Below, piece after piece: positions 8,722-17,965 of a stretch of 64,000 bases of DNA. A program made the position numbers and the translations under genes. Under the pieces are notes generated by a model. The model saw only the letters and a list, made by a program, of their open reading frames with translations, had not been told where the DNA came from and searched no databases. The DNA lies in contig CAYSFR010000003.1 of the NCBI GenBank assembly GCA_964430625.1, positions 329,266 through 393,265 on the forward strand, in the 5' to 3' direction. The DNA is from an uncultured Solibacteraceae bacterium (lineage in GTDB: Bacteria; Acidobacteriota; Terriglobia; Bryobacterales; Bryobacteraceae). The stretch's first letter is position 1; each line of letters opens with the position of its first letter.

Positions 8722-10069
8722 AATCTCCGAAGGTGGTGCATCGGGATCGGTGCTCGACGCTTCGGGATTGAGACGGAATTTCAAGTGGGACAGTGCCACT
8801 GCTGTATTCTTCGCGCTGTCTGCGTTTTTTACGTTGAATGTGGCCACGCTGGCGACGATATATTTTCGGCAGGACTGGCCTATTAATCCTATCGTGTATG
8901 GTGTATGTGCGATTTACATATATATCTTTACACCCAGTGCGCCTTCGACGAGATATATAACGGTCGGCTACATATATTTCGCCACGCTGTCAGCATTTGG
9001 AATGATTGGATATCTCGCAAGGGACACTTCACTTGACAATGTTACTGGTTACCAAATCCTGCAGATGTTGTTGAAAACTTGGATCAATCTAATTGGCTTG
9101 CCGTTCCTTGCTCTGCGGGTTATCGGACCCGGAACTGTTCGGGTATTCTTGTTGATGGTGCAGTTGCTTACAAGCGTCGGCGCAATCCTAGCACCGATAC
9201 AAATGCTGTATCCCGAACCGTTTGTCGATTATCTGGGAGAGGTTGGCAGAGGGGCGGGAGTATGGGTGAATCCAAATAACTGCGGCGCAATGTGTGTAAT
9301 AGCTGGAGTTGTGAGCATCGCCTGTCCTCCGGCAAGCGCGACGTGGAGGTGGCTGACAAGATTTAGCTATATTTTTGGCCTCGCGTCGTCGCTGTCCCGT
9401 GCCGCGATTCTAGCAGCGGTGTTTGGCATTCTTGTCTATTTAGTGGCTCGAAGGAGGGTAAAGCAAGCATTCTTGGTGACAGGTGTACTGTTGACGTCGG
9501 TTCTATTACTCCCTCCGGTACTTGAACTCGCTGGTGATGCGATGTCGCTTAGCGAGGCACATCAGGCGCGGGTGAGAAGTATCGTGGATCTTGCTCGGGG
9601 AGATACTACGGGTGTGGAAGAATCGGACACCCGAAGTGAATTGTGGCGTTATGCATGGGACGCGGTTCAATCGGCATGGCTCTTCGGACTTGGTCATGGC
9701 TCTATGGAACGTATCGTTCCGCTAGGTGCAAAGGGACTATCCCCACATAATTATTATCTCTACGTCTGGGGCACGAGTGGTGTGTTTGCATTGGGTGCGC
9801 TCTTTCTTTTCCTGTGTTCTCCAGTGTTTTTGAATCGGAGTGACCGTCGCAGAAAGTGGCGGGCGATCGTGTTTGGGTTAAGCGGTGTGTTGATGTTGCT
9901 CTTGGTTTTTGATACCGCGCTGCCCGCTCATCAATGGTTGAGTCCGCTTTTCGTGATTATTTGTTGGTCCTCGGTCCCTTTGAATCTGAGAGTCTTTTCG
10001 GAATGGTCAGGAAGTAATCGGAGCTTGCAGCGGCAGGGCGCCCGCATCTTCGGAGAGACACATGTCTAA
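8702..10069 (+). CDS. O-antigen polymerase/ligase family membrane protein (Wzy-like)
   Basis: 455 aa and polytopic. Wzy_C-like segment: SLSRAAILAAVFGILVYLV...RSELWRYAWDAVQSAWLFGLGHGS. The TTG start overlaps the previous gene by 20 nt, and an alternative GTG lies at 8750. Confidence 0.7.
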   Translation: MLKHSIEISEGGASGSVLDASGLRRNFKWDSATAVFFALSAFFTLNVATLATIYFRQDWPINPIVYGVCAIYIYIFTPSAPSTRYITVGYIYFATLSAFGMIGYLARDTSLDNVTGYQILQMLLKTWINLIGLPFLALRVIGPGTVRVFLLMVQLLTSVGAILAPIQMLYPEPFVDYLGEVGRGAGVWVNPNNCGAMCVIAGVVSIACPPASATWRWLTRFSYIFGLASSLSRAAILAAVFGILVYLVARRRVKQAFLVTGVLLTSVLLLPPVLELAGDAMSLSEAHQARVRSIVDLARGDTTGVEESDTRSELWRYAWDAVQSAWLFGLGHGSMERIVPLGAKGLSPHNYYLYVWGTSGVFALGALFLFLCSPVFLNRSDRRRKWRAIVFGLSGVLMLLLVFDTALPAHQWLSPLFVIICWSSVPLNLRVFSEWSGSNRSLQRQGARIFGETHV

Positions 10070-10214
10070 TTAGGCCAAACATATGAAGGCGGTTTGTATC
10101 CTACCGTGCTGACGGCCGTGTGGCTTGATGAGTATGGGCCCGGTAACGGTGGTCGGGGTGGAAGGGACCGATACATATTTCTTAACAGTTATAGTGAGGT
10201 AAGCTAATAGCGCC

Positions 10215-12065
10215 ATGTGTGGAATAGCTGGGTACTTTGGTCCGCCTATTGCGAGTGAGCGATTGAGGGGTGCATTAGGTGCAATGGCCCATCGGGGGCC
10301 CGATGGATCTGGATTCGTGCGGGAGGTTGATACTGTCCGCGGCATTGAGATGCAGATGGCCCATTCGCGCCTTGCTATCCAAGATTTGTCAGCAAACGGG
10401 AATCAGCCAATGAATTCGCCGACAGGACGGTTTTGCTTAGCCTTCAATGGAGAAATTTATAACTACAAGGAGGTCCGTTCGTCTTTAGCGTCTGAATTCG
10501 AGTTCAAGAGCAGCACAGACACCGAAGTTCTGCTTCACGCCTTCGACTTAGTCGGGTGGGAGGTGTTGTCGATGATTGAGGGAATGTTCGCGTTAATTGT
10601 GTGGGATAGGCGGGAGCGTGTTGCCACATTGGTCCGTGATCGGTTTGGGGAGAAGCCGCTTTATATCGCGGAGGGCACGCGATCTCTTCTAGTGGCATCT
10701 GAGGTTCGGGCGATTTTGGCGACCGGTCTCGTAACGTCAAGATTATCTCAGGATGGATTAGCCTCTTTATTGTATTTTGGAAGTGTATGTCATCCCTTTA
10801 CCGCGATTAGGGATGTGCGGTCGATCGGACCGGGAGAGAGGGCGTCTTTTGATACTCAAGACGGTTTACTTCGCGTAACTCGATACTGGGATTTCCCGGA
10901 TCCGCGGGATCGCAATGACGTTGGGGGTGGGGCTATCGATGCGATTGCGGGCGCATATTCTCGGGCGTGCCGGTTAACAACGGTCTCCGATACGCCGATC
11001 GCTGTGCTCTCGTCAGGTGGGATAGATTCCTCGTGTAATGTGATCAAGATTGCTGAGCAACGTGAAAGTGCTGTAACGACATTTCATGTTCGCTTGCATG
11101 ATGATGCGGCTAGCGTTAAGGACGCTCTGTGTGCAGAGCGGCTTAGTAGGGACCTGAATCTTCCCCATATCGAGACTCGGATCGGCAGTTCCGATTTAAT
11201 GGGATTGACCGATTCTGCCTTTTCGGTGATGGATCAACCTTCTGTCGACGGTATAAATACGTTTATCGTGAGTCGAGCGGTGCGGAATGCTGGCCTGAAG
11301 GTTGCAGTGTCCGGGCAAGGCGCCGATGAATTGTTTCTGGGTTATCCCTCTGCTCCGACATTCGGGTATTTGGGGCTCCTTCGCCGAGTTCCGGGCCTCC
11401 AGGCGATCTCTGGAATCGTGGGCGCTAGGTTAGGCAAGAATTGTGCAGGCGTTGATGACTATAGATTGAAGTTGTTTTCGATACTGTCAGACTCTGGGGT
11501 TCATGCAGAGTATGCCAGCCAGCATTCAGTGTTCTCGAACATCGCTGTATCCTGGCTTCTTGAGAAGCAAGTCCGGCCGGCCTCTGCGTATGTCCTGCCA
11601 CCACAGGAGAAGAGCGACATGGCGGATACCCTTGTTCGTCTGGAGGCGAAGAACTATCTCCACAATACCCTCCTGCGAGATGGCGATCAAATGAGTATGG
11701 CCAATTCAGTTGAGATGCGAACTCCGTTTTTGAACCATAGGTTAGTTTCCGCGACTGTCCGAATGCATCCTTCGCTGTTTAACATTAAACATCGGACTAA
11801 GAAATGGCCTCTTATAGCCGCGATGAATGGGTGTTTGCCGGAATATATCTGGAATAAACCGAAACGGGGCTTTTTGGCTCCGTTTGATAACATCGACAGA
11901 AAACGTATTGCGCTTCTTTTTGATGAGTGTGTCGGCTTTCCGTTTAATGAGAGGATCTACGAAGGCGTACGTGGCGAATTCTTGCGAGGGCAAAGTTTTT
12001 TCAGGTTTTTTGCTGTGGGCGTAGCGAATCGTTGGTGTTCTCAGAATAGCGTCAACACGTATTAG
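10215..12065 (+). CDS. asnB: Asparagine synthase (glutamine-hydrolysing)-like amidotransferase
   Basis: 616 aa. It has an N-terminal MCGIAGYFG class-II glutamine amidotransferase nucleophile and an SGGIDSS PP-loop. Family members are common in EPS/exosortase loci. Confidence 0.85.
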   Translation: MCGIAGYFGPPIASERLRGALGAMAHRGPDGSGFVREVDTVRGIEMQMAHSRLAIQDLSANGNQPMNSPTGRFCLAFNGEIYNYKEVRSSLASEFEFKSSTDTEVLLHAFDLVGWEVLSMIEGMFALIVWDRRERVATLVRDRFGEKPLYIAEGTRSLLVASEVRAILATGLVTSRLSQDGLASLLYFGSVCHPFTAIRDVRSIGPGERASFDTQDGLLRVTRYWDFPDPRDRNDVGGGAIDAIAGAYSRACRLTTVSDTPIAVLSSGGIDSSCNVIKIAEQRESAVTTFHVRLHDDAASVKDALCAERLSRDLNLPHIETRIGSSDLMGLTDSAFSVMDQPSVDGINTFIVSRAVRNAGLKVAVSGQGADELFLGYPSAPTFGYLGLLRRVPGLQAISGIVGARLGKNCAGVDDYRLKLFSILSDSGVHAEYASQHSVFSNIAVSWLLEKQVRPASAYVLPPQEKSDMADTLVRLEAKNYLHNTLLRDGDQMSMANSVEMRTPFLNHRLVSATVRMHPSLFNIKHRTKKWPLIAAMNGCLPEYIWNKPKRGFLAPFDNIDRKRIALLFDECVGFPFNERIYEGVRGEFLRGQSFFRFFAVGVANRWCSQNSVNTY

Positions 12066-12069
12066 TTAA

Positions 12070-13140
12070 GTGAAGATACTTCATCTTATTCCTAGCTTTG
12101 GGGCGGGAGGTGCTCAGAAGCAGTTAGGCCTTTTAGCGGCGGCACAGGTGGCTTCAGGGTTGGAAGTATACGTTTTATATCGAGAAGAGGGGCCGAACTT
12201 TGATTGTATTCTAAGATCGGGCTGTGTTCTTGTCGAGTTAAAACGAAAAGGAAATTGGAACGTGCTGTCTGTTATCGAAGTGTCTTTTCTAATTAGAGAG
12301 ATACGCCCTGACGTCGTCCAGACGTGGATGCACTCGATGGATGTTCTCGGTGGCCTCGCATGTCGGTTACAGCGGGTTCCCTGGATTTGCAGTGAAAGGA
12401 GCGGAGAAGGGTGGTATGATGACACAACCCTGCGAAATAGAGTTAGGGTCTGGGTTGGGCTAACATCTTCGCGAATAGTCGCGAACTCTGCGAGCGGAGT
12501 TCGATATTGGTTGGGTCGGGGTGCGTCGAAGGAACGCGTCGAGTGTATTCCGAATATCGTACTATCGGGCGGGTGCCGATCTATTGCCGAGTCGAGTTTA
12601 GACGCGTTGATGTGCCCCCGTTTCGTTGCGGTAGGACGATTAATCAAAAGCAAAGAGTTTGAGTTACTGTTCCGGGCATTTGAGGAAATTGCATCTGTTT
12701 GGCCGGCTGCTTCGTTGGTGGTGGCGGGTGACGGGCCACTGATGGGTCAATTGCGCGGGCTTGCCGGGGAATTGGCTATTGAAAGGCGTGTAATGTTGCT
12801 GGGCGCCGTTCGGTGCGTGGACGATGTATTGTCGAGTGCTGATGTGTTTGTTTCTTTGAGTAGATCTGAAGGTATGCCAAACTCTGTTCTCGAAGCGGCG
12901 GCGGCCGGAGTCCCGATGGTTTTGTCTGACATTCTGCCGCACCGGGAGCTCTTTGGTCCGAACGAATGCGTGTATGTTCCTACTGATTGTGACGTCGGTT
13001 CGGTGGCAAAGATGTTGATGATTGCTGCTGTATGTCCGGGGCGATTTGAACGGGCAGATAGAGCGCGGAACAGTGTCAAGCAATACTCGCCGGAGGTGAT
13101 CGCAGAGCGTTATCTTGGGTTATACAGGAGTGTGTTGTGA
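12070..13140 (+). CDS. Glycosyltransferase family 4
   Basis: 356 aa. Motifs: MKILHLIPSFGAGGAQKQL and the E-x7-E region SEGMPNSVLEAAAAGVPMVLSDI. Confidence 0.8.
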   Translation: MKILHLIPSFGAGGAQKQLGLLAAAQVASGLEVYVLYREEGPNFDCILRSGCVLVELKRKGNWNVLSVIEVSFLIREIRPDVVQTWMHSMDVLGGLACRLQRVPWICSERSGEGWYDDTTLRNRVRVWVGLTSSRIVANSASGVRYWLGRGASKERVECIPNIVLSGGCRSIAESSLDALMCPRFVAVGRLIKSKEFELLFRAFEEIASVWPAASLVVAGDGPLMGQLRGLAGELAIERRVMLLGAVRCVDDVLSSADVFVSLSRSEGMPNSVLEAAAAGVPMVLSDILPHRELFGPNECVYVPTDCDVGSVAKMLMIAAVCPGRFERADRARNSVKQYSPEVIAERYLGLYRSVL

Positions 13141-13673
13141 AAATTGGTCGGTTAATTCATCGTGTGCGATACTATGGACTAAGAGTGGTTGTCGATTGCG
13201 TGGGGCGAATTAATCATCGTTTGTACATGCGGCTTAATTCGTGGTTGTTGAAGTCTTCCGGACTTCGGTTGAAGGGAACACCTCGCTATATTGCTTCGAG
13301 TGTGTACTTCGATGATATGGACAGGATTAATCTAGGCGATAACATAGTGATATCGTCACATGTGCGGTTTCTCACGCATGATTACTCGGCGACAACGGCG
13401 CTGCGAGCTATTGGCAGAGCGCCGGACTCGGATATCGCACTTCAACGGGGGATCACTGTCGGTGACAATGTGTTCATAGGTTTGGCCTCAATTATCATGC
13501 CGAATACAGTTATCGGTGATGACGTTATTGTTGGAGCTGGAGCGGTGGTCCGAGGAAATGTTCCAGCGAGGAGTGTGGTGATCGGAAATCCGGCGTCTGT
13601 TGTGATGTCGATAGAGGAGTTCGCCGCTAGGGCAGAGGCGGTGATCGCGTCCGGGCGTTTCAGGAAGGACTAG
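13137..13673 (+). CDS. Hexapeptide-repeat (left-handed beta-helix) O-acetyltransferase
   Basis: 178 aa. Hexapeptide repeats: ITVGDNVFIGLASIIMPNTVIGDDVIVGAGAVVRGNVPARSVVIGNPA. A GTGA start/stop overlap with the upstream GT suggests translational coupling. Confidence 0.8.
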   Translation: MKIGRLIHRVRYYGLRVVVDCVGRINHRLYMRLNSWLLKSSGLRLKGTPRYIASSVYFDDMDRINLGDNIVISSHVRFLTHDYSATTALRAIGRAPDSDIALQRGITVGDNVFIGLASIIMPNTVIGDDVIVGAGAVVRGNVPARSVVIGNPASVVMSIEEFAARAEAVIASGRFRKD

Positions 13674-13796
13674 TGGCTTGGCGGTTCGGAGAATAGCCGA
13701 GAATGTAGTTCAACGGTCGGTTGGTGTATTGCGACCTCAAATGTGAAACTTGGACAATACTGACCTGGGGAAGACCAATTTCGGAGGGGTTAGGCA

Positions 13797-15731
13797 ATGA
13801 AAATAATGATCGTGGCTGACGGGCGGAGCCCTATTACAAGGGCGTGGGTCGAGGCATTGTGTGCCGCGTGTGACGATGAAGTGATATGTGTCTCTACTAA
13901 GGCGGTTGTGGACTCCCCTAAATGCCGGGCAAGGTTCTTGAGTCTCTTTGGTAGTCGGAGAACGGGCTTAACGCGAAGATCGGCTCTGTCTAATCGTGTT
14001 TCTTGGTTGGTGCGAATGATTGTTCAGAGTAGTGTCGGCAGCGTAGTTATGAATGAGGTGTGTCAGCCGGTCTTCGCTTGGTTTTGCGCTCTTCGACTTC
14101 GATCAATTATTCGTCAAGAGGGCCCAGATATCGTTCATGCGCTTCGAATTCCTATCGAGGGGCAGGTGGTCTGTCTTGCAGGCGGTGTGCCGGCTGTGGT
14201 CTCAGTGTGGGGAAACGACTTTACGTTGTACGCCAACAAATCAGTAGCACAGGGATTCCTAACACGGAGAGTGATTCGAAATGTAAAGGCGTTAATGGCA
14301 GATTGTTCCGTTGACGTGGTGCGGGCGCGGGAGTTCGGGCTTAACGATAACGTTCGAACGCTTGTGGTGCCGGGTTCAGGTGGGCTGCTCGATGAATACC
14401 GTTGGAGAAGTGATGCAAGGGAAAAGGCAAGGCAAGTACTCGGTATCGATCAGGAGGCATTTGTCGTCATAAATCCTCGAGGATTCCGCCGTTATGTCAA
14501 CAATGAGGTGTTTTTTGCGGCCGCATCTGAGATTTGTCGCGAATTTCAAGATGTAGTTTTCATTTGTGTTGGGATGGCGGGGTGGCCTTATGCTGTGAAG
14601 TGTGTTGAACGGGGGGGGCTATCTGAACGCATCCGGCTTGAAGGGACGATGTCTTCCGCTGAGATGGAGGTCCGTTTTGCAGCTGCAGATTGTTCCGTGT
14701 CGTTGTCTACGCATGATGGGACTCCGAACACTCTTCTTGAGGCAATGGCGCTTGGGGTGTATCCGATCTGTGGAGATCTGCCATCGATTAGGGAGTGGAT
14801 TGAGGATGGCGTCAACGGACGGCTTGTTGATGCCAACTCGGTGGCTGAAGTCGCTGAATCGATTCGGTCCGCCAGAAGCGATCCCGGGGCACGTATTGTC
14901 GCGAGGGAGAGAAACGGCGTACTTATTGACCAACGCGCGCGACGATCGAGTAGTATGGCACGGGTCATTGAGGTTCTTCGGGATGTATGTGGGTCAGGTG
15001 AATCGCGCCTCCGAAGCGGAGTGTCTCAGGTTCGAATGCATTTTGACCGCCAGTCTGGACAGTGGAGTGAGAAGTATTCCGCTGAGGGTTCGATGTCTCC
15101 GCGGATCCCTTGGTTTGTGGCGGCCGTTCACCGCGAAGTGCCCAAGGGAGAAGCTATTTTAGACTTTGGTTGCGGAACTGGGGAATTGACGAGCGCCTTG
15201 TGTGGGGAGGGTTACTCCTGCTTTGGAGTTGACTGTTCGTCGGGTATGGTTGAGGCGGCGAGGGCTCGCTACCGCACGCTTTCTGAGCGTTTTAAGTTGT
15301 ATGGTGGCTCGGGGCCCTTGCCGTCGCTCGGAACTGAGATTAAGGCGGTAGTGGCGTCGAGTGTATTTGAGTATCTTGATGAGCCGGCGGAGATGTTACG
15401 AGAGATGTGGTCTGTATGTGTACCGTCGGCAAGATTGTATATTACTGTTCCAAACCGCGATCACATTGTGCGTCGATTAGAACGCCTTGCGTTGAGGACT
15501 CGGGTGTCGATGTGGCTGCCCCGTCAGGGTAGAGTTGCGATGTGGGCCGAGTACCTTCATTTGTCGAAAAACAGGTTCTCCCTTGAGGAATGGAGACAGG
15601 TTCTCCGGTCGTCGGGGTGGGAGGTTGATTCCGATATTGTGGGGCAAGGCACATTGTTGATGTTGAGGGCTCGGCGATGCTCAGAAGAGAAGGCAGCGGG
15701 TGCGACTGGAGTCCGTAGTGTGTCCTGTTAG
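13797..15731 (+). CDS. Fusion protein: N-terminal GT4-like glycosyltransferase plus C-terminal class I SAM-dependent methyltransferase
   Basis: 644 aa. GT4 region: HDGTPNTLLEAMALGVYPICGDLPSIREWIEDGVNGRLVD. SAM motif I: ILDFGCGTGELTSAL. Then VVASSVFEYLDEP. Confidence 0.7.
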   Translation: MKIMIVADGRSPITRAWVEALCAACDDEVICVSTKAVVDSPKCRARFLSLFGSRRTGLTRRSALSNRVSWLVRMIVQSSVGSVVMNEVCQPVFAWFCALRLRSIIRQEGPDIVHALRIPIEGQVVCLAGGVPAVVSVWGNDFTLYANKSVAQGFLTRRVIRNVKALMADCSVDVVRAREFGLNDNVRTLVVPGSGGLLDEYRWRSDAREKARQVLGIDQEAFVVINPRGFRRYVNNEVFFAAASEICREFQDVVFICVGMAGWPYAVKCVERGGLSERIRLEGTMSSAEMEVRFAAADCSVSLSTHDGTPNTLLEAMALGVYPICGDLPSIREWIEDGVNGRLVDANSVAEVAESIRSARSDPGARIVARERNGVLIDQRARRSSSMARVIEVLRDVCGSGESRLRSGVSQVRMHFDRQSGQWSEKYSAEGSMSPRIPWFVAAVHREVPKGEAILDFGCGTGELTSALCGEGYSCFGVDCSSGMVEAARARYRTLSERFKLYGGSGPLPSLGTEIKAVVASSVFEYLDEPAEMLREMWSVCVPSARLYITVPNRDHIVRRLERLALRTRVSMWLPRQGRVAMWAEYLHLSKNRFSLEEWRQVLRSSGWEVDSDIVGQGTLLMLRARRCSEEKAAGATGVRSVSC

Positions 15732-15827
15732 GAATGGGTATTCGTGTGTCGGGCGCTCGTGAGAGCCGTGGCCGGATTACTGCTAATCAAGTTAGAAGTC
15801 GAAAGCGCTTGAAGAGGTGGGAGCTCG

Positions 15828-17855
15828 TTGTTACAAATCATACAAAGTATTAGTAGTGGGTTAACGGAGAGGGTGGATGTTCCGCGGCCGGCTGCAGGGC
15901 CATGCAGCTATTTGGTTAAGTCGAACTGTACGCTGATCTCCAGCGGTACCGAGCGGATGCTGCTCGAGTTTGGGAAGGCGGGATGGGTAGAAAAGGCCCG
16001 CAAACAGCCGGACAAGGTGCGGATGGTGCTGGACAAGGTAGGGACGGACGGGTTGTTGCCGACGATTGAGTCGGTACGGGCCAAGCTGGATCAACCGATC
16101 CCGCTGGGATATTGCCATGTGGGTGTGGTGGTGGAGGGCGAGGGGCTGGCACCGGGGACGCGGGTGGCGTCGAATGGGGCTCACGCGGAGCTGGTTCGCG
16201 TAGCGAAGAACCTGACGGCGGTTATCCCGGACGGGGTGACCGACGCAGCGGCGAGCTTTACGGTGCTGGGCGCTATTGCGCTGCAGGGGATCCGGCTGCT
16301 GGCGCCGAGCCTGGGCGAGACGATGGTGGTGATGGGGTTGGGTCTGATTGGTCAGCTGGCGGTGCAGATTCTGAAGGCGAACGGGTGCCGGGTGGTGGGG
16401 CTGGACCTTGATCCGAGCCGGGTGGCGATGGCAAAACAGTGGGGGGCGGAGGACTGGGACGGCGCGACGGAAGTGGATGGGGTGCTGATCTGCGCGGCGA
16501 CGCAATCGAGCGAGCCGATGAGCCAAGCGGCGAAGATGTGCCGGAAGCGGGGTCGAATTGTACTGGTGGGAGTGACGGGACTGGAACTGAGCCGGGACGA
16601 TTTTTATAAGAAAGAGCTGAGTTTCCAGGTGTCGTGCTCTTACGGGCCGGGGCGTTATGACCCGGTGTATGAGGACCGCGGGGTGGATTACCCGAAGCCT
16701 TACGTGCGGTGGACGGCCCAGCGGAACTTTGAGGCGGTGCTGCAGTTGATGGCGGAGGGGCGGCTGATTACGGAGCCGCTGATTACGCACCGGTTCCCGT
16801 TTGAGCGGGCGCTGGAGGCATACGAGATGATCACGAACGGGACGCCGCACCTGGGGGTGCTGCTGGAGTACCCGAACGCGCCGAAGATGGAGGCGACGAT
16901 CCAGGTGGCGGCGCGGCAACCGGGGCGGGCCGGGGCGCCAGTGGTGGCGTTCCTGGGGGCGGGGAACTATGCGACACGGGTGCTGATGCCGGCGGTGAAG
17001 AAGGCGCAGGGGCGGTTGCGGACGGTGTGTGCGTCGGGAGGGACGAGTGCGGCGCTGGCGGCGCGGCAGTTCGGGTTTGAGCAGGCGAGCTGTGACCGGG
17101 CGGCGGTGCTGGGGGATGGGGAGACGAATGCGGTGTTCATCGCGACGCGGCATGACAGCCACGCGAAGCTGGCGCTGGATGCGCTGGCGGCAGGGCAACA
17201 TGTGTTTGTTGAGAAGCCGCTGGCATTGCGGGCGGAGGACCTGGATGCGCTGGCGGAGCGGCTGTGCGAGAAGCCGGGGCTGCATTTGATGGTGGGGTTC
17301 AACCGGCGTTTTTCGCCGCTGGTGCAGGAGATGGTGACGCATTTGCGGCGGGCGGGCGGGAAGAAGGCGATTGTGATTACGGTGAATGCGGGGGCGATAC
17401 CGAAGGAGCACTGGACGCAGGACGCGGAGCTGGGCGGGGGACGGATTGCGGGGGAGGCGTGCCACTTTCTGGACCTGGCGCGGTATCTGGCGGGGGCGGC
17501 GATTCAGGACGTGCAGGTGGTGAAGGCGGAGGAGGATACGGCGAGCCTGCAGGTGGGGTTCGCGGACGGGTCGTTTGCGACGATTCTGTATCTGGCGAAC
17601 GGAAGCAAGAAGTTTCCGAAGGAGCGGGTGGAGGTGTTCTGGGCGGGGCGGGTGCTGCAGCTGGACAATTTCCGGGTGTTGCAGGGGTATGGGGTGCCGG
17701 GGTTCGGGAAGAAGAGTTTGTGGAAGCAGGACAAGGGGCAGGAGGAGTGCGTGCGGCGGTTCCTGGAGAGTGTGGAAAAGGGGACGGCGGCGCCGATCCC
17801 GGTGGAGGAGATCTTTGAAGTGAGCCGGTGGGTGCTGAAGGCGGCGGCGGGGTAG
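15828..17855 (+). CDS. Bi-domain oxidoreductase: MDR/zinc-alcohol-dehydrogenase-like N-domain plus Gfo/Idh/MocA C-domain
   Basis: 675 aa. Motifs: SSGTERMLLEFGKAGW, GLGLIGQLAVQILKANGCRVVGLD, then VAFLGAGNYATRVLMPAV and FVEKPLAL (the EKP motif of the Gfo/Idh/MocA family). TTG start. Confidence 0.8.
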   Translation: MLQIIQSISSGLTERVDVPRPAAGPCSYLVKSNCTLISSGTERMLLEFGKAGWVEKARKQPDKVRMVLDKVGTDGLLPTIESVRAKLDQPIPLGYCHVGVVVEGEGLAPGTRVASNGAHAELVRVAKNLTAVIPDGVTDAAASFTVLGAIALQGIRLLAPSLGETMVVMGLGLIGQLAVQILKANGCRVVGLDLDPSRVAMAKQWGAEDWDGATEVDGVLICAATQSSEPMSQAAKMCRKRGRIVLVGVTGLELSRDDFYKKELSFQVSCSYGPGRYDPVYEDRGVDYPKPYVRWTAQRNFEAVLQLMAEGRLITEPLITHRFPFERALEAYEMITNGTPHLGVLLEYPNAPKMEATIQVAARQPGRAGAPVVAFLGAGNYATRVLMPAVKKAQGRLRTVCASGGTSAALAARQFGFEQASCDRAAVLGDGETNAVFIATRHDSHAKLALDALAAGQHVFVEKPLALRAEDLDALAERLCEKPGLHLMVGFNRRFSPLVQEMVTHLRRAGGKKAIVITVNAGAIPKEHWTQDAELGGGRIAGEACHFLDLARYLAGAAIQDVQVVKAEEDTASLQVGFADGSFATILYLANGSKKFPKERVEVFWAGRVLQLDNFRVLQGYGVPGFGKKSLWKQDKGQEECVRRFLESVEKGTAAPIPVEEIFEVSRWVLKAAAG

Positions 17856-17965
17856 GCGGGGGGAGCGGGGGAGGAGCGAGACGCTGACAGGAGAGGAGTG
17901 GACGGGAAGCCGGAGCGGCAGAGGGGGAGCGCCCCGCGGTACGCGACCGGCTTTTTTGTTATTGC

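Larger units (their letters stand above)
1..15960 (+). other. Low-GC compositional island carrying a complete Wzx/Wzy-type glycan assembly cluster with a nonulosonic-acid pathway. The left end lies outside the window.
   Basis: Hand-counted 60-nt lines give 24-32 G+C of 60 here versus 39-44 of 60 after 16 kb. AGA/AGG/TTA/ATA codons are common here and nearly absent later. All genes are on the + strand. Confidence 0.7.

Noticed and set aside
15732-15827. Looked for an integrase, a tRNA gene, IS ends or direct repeats at the island / native-DNA boundary
   Set aside because: None was found in the 96-nt gap or in adjacent genes. The composition change occurs inside the next ORF instead.
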